From NCBI GenBank assembly GCA_027923505.1, contig BROI01000001.1, positions 1,860,001-1,924,000 on the forward strand: a stretch of DNA of 64,000 nt, read 5' to 3'. Within the stretch, counting starts at the first letter, position 1, and each line of letters starts with the position of its first letter. The notes below the pieces were generated by a model, which made no database searches, was not told where the DNA came from, and was given only the letters and a program-made list of their open reading frames with translations. The stretch comes from Mayamaea pseudoterrestris (taxonomy: Eukaryota). Shown one piece after another: positions 57,030 through 64,000 of the stretch. A program made the position numbers and the translations under genes.

Positions 57030-57238
57030 AACCGTACACGAAGCATGGTGTGCACGGCGATTAAGGGTTGCGTGACATATGCATCTGTTTCCATATTCGA
57101 CTGCTGCGACCCTTTCTTCACCCTGATTGGAATTAAGCCTGCGGCTATGGAATAAGAACGCAGCGTGGCAGGCATCCGATTTTGATAATCTGCTGCGTGA
57201 CAAAAATGTAGAATGCTTCACATTTTGTCAATCTTGAT

Positions 57239-58471
57239 TTACAAGACTTTTTTGACCTTCATTGGCACCGCCTGCGGCGGCGGCGTGGCATCCGCCGCCA
57301 GCGCCCGCTCGATGCGCGCCAGCGTCAAACCCTGCAAGCTCCAGGCGCTCAGTAGCCACATGTGCAGCAGCGTGTTAATACTTGCCAAACTCCAATCCGT
57401 GTACTGCACCAGCAACGGATACATTGGCAGCAGCGGCGCGTTCAGTATGAATCCGCAGATTCCAATGATTCGCGTCGACTTGCAAATGGAACTCGTCGGC
57501 AAGCCTGCCCACAGTATACTCATGACGTAAAAGGTGGACGGAAACTGCGTAATGCCGGCAATGAAAATGTCGCAGGCGGGTCGCTGGAAGGAGAGGCCGC
57601 CGTAGACGCATATTAGCGTGGCGCTAGTGCCGTAGGCCCACCAGAACGACGTTGGTATCCATGGCACCACGTTTTGAGCGCAGTGCTGCATTAGCTCGCT
57701 GCCAATGGGTCCCATGAACGCCGATGCAGCCGTCACGGTGCCGACGCAGATTGTCCACAGCAGGCGAAAGCTAAAGGAGTTGCGTTGCTCCAAGGTCGTG
57801 TAGCATTGATGCGCCACACCTCCCGCCATGACGCTCACCATGTAGCAAAGCAACAGCCCGCGGCTGCGCCAAGCCAGTGTGCGACTCGCTGAGTGATTGG
57901 TGGAAATCTTGTAAATGAGCAAGGCCATGCATGACGCCAACAAGTAGTCGGTGCCGTAGGTCCAGATGGTATTGTCAAAGAAATGATGCTCGTCTTGGTA
58001 GACGAAAAAGGCTGTATAGTACGTTTGCGAGGCGGCCATTGGTGCGAGAATAAAGGGAAAGTAGACGGAAAAGGCCACCATTGCGAAACCAAAGATGGAG
58101 CCGAGCAAGACATACATGGAGGTTTCCGACCAGCTACAAGTCTTTCGGACTAGTTTGGATGGATATTGTGAAAGAGTAGTATTCGTAGTCGCTGGAATTT
58201 GGATATGGCGCTTGCTGATGGCATGACGATTCATAGCAGGCCAATCGTCGTGAGCGGCGTCATGATCGGCGTTTGCTTTTTCGGATCGACACATGACGAG
58301 AGAGTTGACCGGTAGACTGTACATGTAACGTGAGGAGCTTGATGTAATTGTGTTGAAAGCTAGTAGATGGCGACGGAATTCTGAGAGCAGAGCAGTTGGG
58401 TTGTGGTTGACAAGCGACGATGCGGTTGTTGGCGTCGTCGTCGTTTTCTTGTTCCGCCATTGGCTCGTCAT
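57239..58471 (-). CDS. Multi-pass membrane protein
   Basis: Several TM segments; GTDYLLA and AGGVAH motifs. Confidence 0.75.
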   Translation of the reverse strand: MTSQWRNKKTTTTPTTASSLVNHNPTALLSEFRRHLLAFNTITSSSSRYMYSLPVNSLVMCRSEKANADHDAAHDDWPAMNRHAISKRHIQIPATTNTTLSQYPSKLVRKTCSWSETSMYVLLGSIFGFAMVAFSVYFPFILAPMAASQTYYTAFFVYQDEHHFFDNTIWTYGTDYLLASCMALLIYKISTNHSASRTLAWRSRGLLLCYMVSVMAGGVAHQCYTTLEQRNSFSFRLLWTICVGTVTAASAFMGPIGSELMQHCAQNVVPWIPTSFWWAYGTSATLICVYGGLSFQRPACDIFIAGITQFPSTFYVMSILWAGLPTSSICKSTRIIGICGFILNAPLLPMYPLLVQYTDWSLASINTLLHMWLLSAWSLQGLTLARIERALAADATPPPQAVPMKVKKVL

Positions 58472-58653
58472 GGCGCAAAATGCCACGTCACTCGACGAGT
58501 ATCACTGGAGTGTCATGAAAACGTGCTTGAAGGTATCTTTTGAGTCATTGTGCGACACACATGACCGATGCCAATGACAGTTTCGCGCGACTCGCCACGC
58601 TCGCGTCTTCCTTTCGATCACGCGACGATGCATCCATCACGATCACGACGACC

Positions 58654-59862
58654 ATGGCCAAGAAGCATCCGCCTCCTCGCCCCGAGCACGACAACGAGCA
58701 GCACTCCAGCGGCGAGGGCAGCGACTTCTTTTCACCCCTGTCAATGTCATTCTTCGCCAAGCAATCCAAGAAGCAACTGAATACGATTGAGAAACGCCTG
58801 CGACCACCAGACTCCTGGATTGGCGTGCGGCTCAGTCCAATCAATTCCTTCGACAATGAGCCGCACCACGACGACGACCCAGACGAAACGCATCACTTGG
58901 CGCTACACGAAACGCTCAACGCCGCTCCCTTTGTCACGGAGCGCACCAGTCTACTCATGGGGCGGCATGCGCAGCAATATCAACACGACAGCCATGATTA
59001 CTACAATAGCAATACACAATCCTATCAGCAGCAGCAGACATATCAAGCGAATGGAGCCATTCACCCAATGTGGAACAACAACTCGCGCAAACGTATACGT
59101 ACACGTGTTCAGGCGGACGTATTGTGCGGCGTTCGCATACCCTGGGGATTGATCGTCTGCTCGGTTGCCGGCACTTACTGGCTCGTCATGATGTTGATGG
59201 ATGTTTTGTTGCTGCATCATTCCGTTTTGAATGGATCATTGCAATGGAACAATACCAACGACTGGTCCATTCCGTGGCTGCATCCATCTCAATCAACGCT
59301 CGTTTCGTGTGGCGCGCTCGTTCCGGAGCTGGTGAAGCGTGGCAGCTACTGGCGCGTATTCACGTCGTCATTCATGTGCACGTCGCTACTGGAGTTGCTG
59401 TGGATGATGATGGCATGGCGACTGATCTTTTTGGCGGCGACGGGACTGCGCTGGTATCGCTGGTCGGGCTTGTACGCGACTGCCGTATTGACGGGCCAGC
59501 TGTGGGTCATGGCCTTTGACGACAAGACGGGAGTGGTGTGTGGATGTGCATCCTGGGGCACGGCGGCGGTGCTTTGCGCGGTGGGCGTGCGCTCGCCGCG
59601 TCGGCGATTTGTGACCTTTGTGACGGCCGCAGTAGGCTTGTACATGAGCTACATGATGCATCCGTTTGGTTCCATTTTTGGCATGGTAGGCGGCGCCTTT
59701 TGCGGTTGGGGCATGGCTAGCTCTGATGCTTCTGTCGAGACTCTTAAGGCAGGCCGACGCATTGAAGACGTGAATGCTGCAAGCTCGCTCTCGGTGTGGG
59801 CGTCTCGTGGCCTCACTGTGGCGTGGACGGTGGCTCCAGTCCTGGTCATTGCCACGAGGTAG
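58654..59862 (+). CDS. Rhomboid-like membrane protein, probably inactive
   Basis: PSQSTLVSCGAL..YWRVFTSSFM and GCASWG, with no catalytic His. Confidence 0.65.
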   Translation: MAKKHPPPRPEHDNEQHSSGEGSDFFSPLSMSFFAKQSKKQLNTIEKRLRPPDSWIGVRLSPINSFDNEPHHDDDPDETHHLALHETLNAAPFVTERTSLLMGRHAQQYQHDSHDYYNSNTQSYQQQQTYQANGAIHPMWNNNSRKRIRTRVQADVLCGVRIPWGLIVCSVAGTYWLVMMLMDVLLLHHSVLNGSLQWNNTNDWSIPWLHPSQSTLVSCGALVPELVKRGSYWRVFTSSFMCTSLLELLWMMMAWRLIFLAATGLRWYRWSGLYATAVLTGQLWVMAFDDKTGVVCGCASWGTAAVLCAVGVRSPRRRFVTFVTAAVGLYMSYMMHPFGSIFGMVGGAFCGWGMASSDASVETLKAGRRIEDVNAASSLSVWASRGLTVAWTVAPVLVIATR

Positions 59863-60021
59863 CATGTATGCAGCATTACGAGTTGCAATTCCTAACAAGT
59901 AGCTAAGTCAAAGGCTACAGCTGTACTACAATTTAACGCATAAGAATGTTTTGTTACTCTAGTCTACATAGGCATTTAACGACTAAATCAACGGAAAATA
60001 ATCATGCATCCAAATCAAGCT

Positions 60022-62090
60022 CTAAGATAGTTCCCAAAACGGCCTGAGAACAATAATCAAAATGCTCACATTGTCTCGACTCCTCCGGACGCGAATGGCT
60101 TGGTCACTCAAAATACGCGCCACTTCGGCAGGCTCGCCGCGATGCGCAATCAACTCTTGTCGCGCCAAGGCAATGGCGTCTTGCGATCGAAAGACATCAA
60201 ATAAACCGTCGCAAGCAAGCAGCAAAAACTCGTCACTGTGCGATAGAATCATGGATGCAATTTCAGGTTCAGCGCTAACCAGTGGGGCATTCAGGTCTCT
60301 ACTTTGATCTGCTCCATTATTGCCGCCGCCGTCTTCCGTTTCTTCCAGCATAGCCTTGATACCCATCTTGAACGACTTGTCGCCAAAGGCCCGTGTAATC
60401 GCTAGCTCACCCATGACTCGCTTGTGAAGAATAAAGCCGCCCGCTGCCCGCACTCGAGCAGCCTCATCTGGACGGCTTGGTTTATGATCACTCGTCAGCT
60501 CAATGCACTGCCCGCCCCCACGACACAGCACCACACGGCTGTCTCCCACATTGGCAGCAAGCAGTCGTCGTCCAAATAATAATACAGTGGCAGCAGTTGA
60601 ACCGCTCTGAGGAGCATCCTTTGGTGTGATAAAATCTGCATCAGTCTTTAAATATGCAGTTTTTAATATCTTGCGCATCAAGTCTGAAGCAGCATCTTCC
60701 GTTTGCTCTTGCCGCGTTGCCATCTCAACGGCTCGTTTCAAATTATCATTCTCGGCCAACATGTGCTGTCGAATTTGGTGAGGCAAAGTCTCTACCAGGT
60801 AGTTGGAACATTCGTCTCCGCCGTGGCCGTCAAAAACAGCGGCAAAGCTCGTCATGGCTAAAATCTCCAAGTCTTCCTTCGTTTCATTCTTGTAATAGCC
60901 ATGTGACGGCTCCATGGCAAGAGTTTGCAGTACAACCGTTCGATCTTCCATCGTAGGTCTTGCTCCAATAGCTTCGGAAATGCCAAAATCGAATCGATTG
61001 ACCGAAAAACCGGTTCGTCCAACAATAAATTCGTCGCCAATGGATAGCGAACCGAATCCGCTTGTACCATAGGGACCAACCAGCCGCATATAAGATCCGT
61101 TCTGTAGAAACCAAGAACAGTGCCATTTAATGTGAGATGACGTTCTCAGTAAATTAATACATCAAGTTGTAACTCGCCACGAATACTCACCGTGCTTTCC
61201 AAATCTACAAGGATAAAGAATCCGCCGCCTGGACCCTTTCCAACGCCTTTGCTTTTGTTAACATACAAAATGGCTCCATGTTTCCGGCTCAACTCTCGAT
61301 CCATGATACATAAATCGGCCTCATGCGCTCGCCCAAATACATATGGACACCGACTCGCGTACACATCAATGAGTTTGCCTCGCAAAGGCCCTTTCGAACT
61401 CTGAATCGTTAACTTCTGCTTTGCCTCGTCAAATTGGTCCACATTAAAAACAGAATTACCCGCCGCAAACGATGCTCCCTTGCACAAGACCCATCGATCC
61501 GCATCAAGCGACAATATTTGCGCATCTCTTCCAGCGCCATCCGAGCTCGCCTTGTTCGTCGAAAACACCTTGGCTTTGCCGACTCGAATTGCCGCATCGC
61601 CACGATCTCCTCGTAATTGCCATCCCACAGAAAAGGCCGATCGCATAGCCGTCTGCGCCGCCTCATCCCCATCCGAGTCCGTAATTCGAACCAATACACC
61701 AGCCGCAGGACCGCTCATGGAGTCATCCATGCGTCGGCAAATCGTATCAGGCGTTCCAGTCGATGGACCTGCATTTCCAATCGTCGCCACTTTGCTATAA
61801 TGCGTCCAAAAGGCTGTGCAAGCTTCCGGTTTGCCTTCGTCTTCATCCTCCGACGTTGTAAATTTGAGGCAAAGGCGAAAGAGGGAGCGCGTGTAAATTT
61901 CTCGCTGCGATTGAAACTGTCGGCCGCCCTTGGTCCAAGCCTGCGGATCAGCTCGGCCTTCCGGCTTGGTATTGGAAACGCCAGTGACAAAATTAATCAA
62001 GGCATTGCCGCTTGATTGAGCAGCAGCGGCCGGGTTGGACGACCAAGATGCATCTTGTGTTGTAGCCATGGTTGTTTTTGCTGCAGCCAT
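60022..62090 (-). CDS. FHA-domain PP2C protein phosphatase (intron 61190-61102)
   Basis: FGR..ELSRKHG..DLEST|NGSY (FHA); RPTMEDR, VFDGHGG, ANVGDSR, LACDGLFDV, DNVS. Confidence 0.92.
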
Positions 62091-63121
62091 TCAATTTGAT
62101 TGTATCAATGAGCAATTCCTGTTAGTGCTCGTTCGTCGTTACACGGTGAAACAGCAGCAGTAATAGTCACACAGGATAAGTCTAGCGGATAAGAAACGAG
62201 CGGAAGGGATCGGCTGCTGCGCGCTGCTCGTCGCGGAGTCGGCTGCGGAGCCGTAGGATTTTCACGTGAGCCGGCGTACGTGCGACACGAATCAGTCGTT
62301 GCAAAAATGACTGTTGCTGCGGAAACACGTTGCTGCAAGCAGAAATCAAAGAGCGGAGCCTGTTTACAATCAAGACTACGCTTGTAGTGCTACTTTGTTG
62401 CTGTAGTTGCTATTGTAAGCAAGACAATGGAGAAGAGTCAGACAAAACAAGTTCCTTGCTTGTCTCGGAGAGCAGCTGGGCGCCGAATTTGCCGTTGCGA
62501 TCGCGCAGCGAGGGAGCGCCGGCGTGAATATCGTGCATAGTTAAAGTTAATGGGTAGCTATGATTTACTATCTCTATGCGGCCATTCTTTTCCGTCATAC
62601 ACCCAGTCAATTGATCTGCCATCGTTTCGAGAAAGAAAGTAGATGTATATAACAAACTATCTAGTTATTTAGTGACCCAATTTTGCTTCTTGACTGGCAT
62701 TGTCATTGGCGCACGTATTTGGTTCCTGCATCCATCGAGGAAGTGCAAGGATGTGTCTTTTTGTACCCATCCGACCAGCTACCTAATGAGCAATGTAATT
62801 CTCCTTTTTCTTATACTCATTGCTGGCGGGAAAAGTCGAGTGATCAAAAGTAATTATTTGTCTGCAGATAGACAACTTAAAGTTGGAGGGGGTGTCATAT
62901 TGTCATATTGCACGGAAGCGAGCTATACAAAGGTGGATAAACCACACTGTGCAGTTCGTGAAGAACGCACTTGTCAACTTGGTAGTTGTATAAAATTCTA
63001 CAATTTAAGCTATGGCGCACTACTCCTATCTTAGTACGTCGCAAAAGCAGAGGGCGAGCAGCAGGCAGGCAGCAGCAATTGAAATAAACTACGCCGCGCA
63101 AAGGTATATTGCCAAATCATA

Positions 63122-63430
63122 CTACTTTGATTCGGCGCTACCAAGCATTTCTTCCAAATCCATTGACGTTCGGGTCCACGCCGATCCTAGTCCAAGGCCA
63201 GCGCCTAAGCCTGCCACTCCTTTTCGGGCGGCCGACGACCCTCCTCCGCCTCGCATCAACACCAAGCCTGCCAAGCCTCCAATTACAAGACCAGCACTTG
63301 ACTGAATAATCATCCTTTCGAAACCTCTTTGGAGAGTCGCAGACACCAATTGATCGGATCTTGGAGCTGTTCTTCTAGCGTCGGAATCGAATTCCATGTT
63401 GCTGCTGTTGTTTGCGGAAGGCGACTGCAT
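63122..63430 (-). CDS. MIC10: MICOS subunit Mic10-like
   Basis: Two glycine-zipper TMs, GLVIGGLAG and GLGAGLGLGSAW. Confidence 0.75.
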   Translation of the reverse strand: MQSPSANNSSNMEFDSDARRTAPRSDQLVSATLQRGFERMIIQSSAGLVIGGLAGLVLMRGGGGSSAARKGVAGLGAGLGLGSAWTRTSMDLEEMLGSAESK

Positions 63431-63823
63431 GATTTCCTACCCCTTTTTTTCGGATGAATGTGGAAAGTAAGATTTTTTCAATCTGCAGCAGGCAATCACT
63501 TAGTTTTGACTTACTATAAGCTGCTCGTGACAAATAAACTTGTTACTTTGCGCGCAAGTCTGCGAAGAATAATCATGGTCGCGCCGACGCTCGTTGTGAT
63601 GAGTTAGTCCCGCTGCGATAAACGGCAACACCGGAACGACATTACGCACGCGCGAAACGATGGCCGTCCGCAAAACAGCAGCAAGCTGCTGCATGAGGCC
63701 GACCGACTTGCATGTCAGTTGCTATAGATTTGCGTTCGTCCTTGATATAATTGAAAGCAACTGTTGCTTGGCGTCTTCAATAGGGTTTGACGTTTATAAT
63801 TCAGCCTGCTAACGTTAACTAAA

Positions 63824-64000
63824 ATGTACAAGTCACCATCAAGTCGAGGAGGAGGAGGATCATCGACTCCCTACAAACATGGCATTCCCAGCAGTGGTCC
63901 AATTGCCGAGTTTAGCCGCGTCATTGAAGAAACTCCACCCGATCAGTGGCAGCCCCGCAGTGCCGCCTTGCGCAAAATAGTCGATTCTGTTCCGGAAGGT
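63824..64000 (+). CDS. 5' end of a gene running off the window (possibly HEAT/TOG-like)
   Basis: Open frame from ATG 63824: MYKSPSSRGGGG...DQWQPRSAALRKIVD. Confidence 0.45.
   Translation, partial: MYKSPSSRGGGGSSTPYKHGIPSSGPIAEFSRVIEETPPDQWQPRSAALRKIVDSVPEG

Noticed and set aside
57060..57205. Two hairpins resembling an H/ACA snoRNA
   Set aside because: No convincing ANANNA hinge or correctly placed ACA box.

Overview
Gene-dense eukaryotic DNA with short GT-AG introns, most consistent with a pennate diatom (bipartite plastid-targeting peptides, diatom-type cyclin, DUF6824-like and globin proteins, CoDi-type Copia). It holds about 30 host genes and several mobile elements: the 5' part of a Ty3/Gypsy element with gag and pol in frame across one TGA (1-2008), a 2-kb non-autonomous long-TIR element (16039-18034), a degenerate Copia with an intact 3' LTR (18317-22737) and a 5.1-kb multi-gene PIF/Harbinger-type transposon (40376-45474). 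A mosaic segmental duplication links 14520-23760 with 31571-35171. The most striking object is a 676-bp miniature LTR element (TRIM, 41799-42474) nested in the Harbinger. Its identical LTRs have TA...TA ends and carry a 59-nt tRNA-like Pol III module whose 3' end, once CCA is added, would be complementary to the element's own primer-binding site. Also notable is a globin that appears to lack both heme histidines. All calls come from reading and hand alignment; no searches were run.
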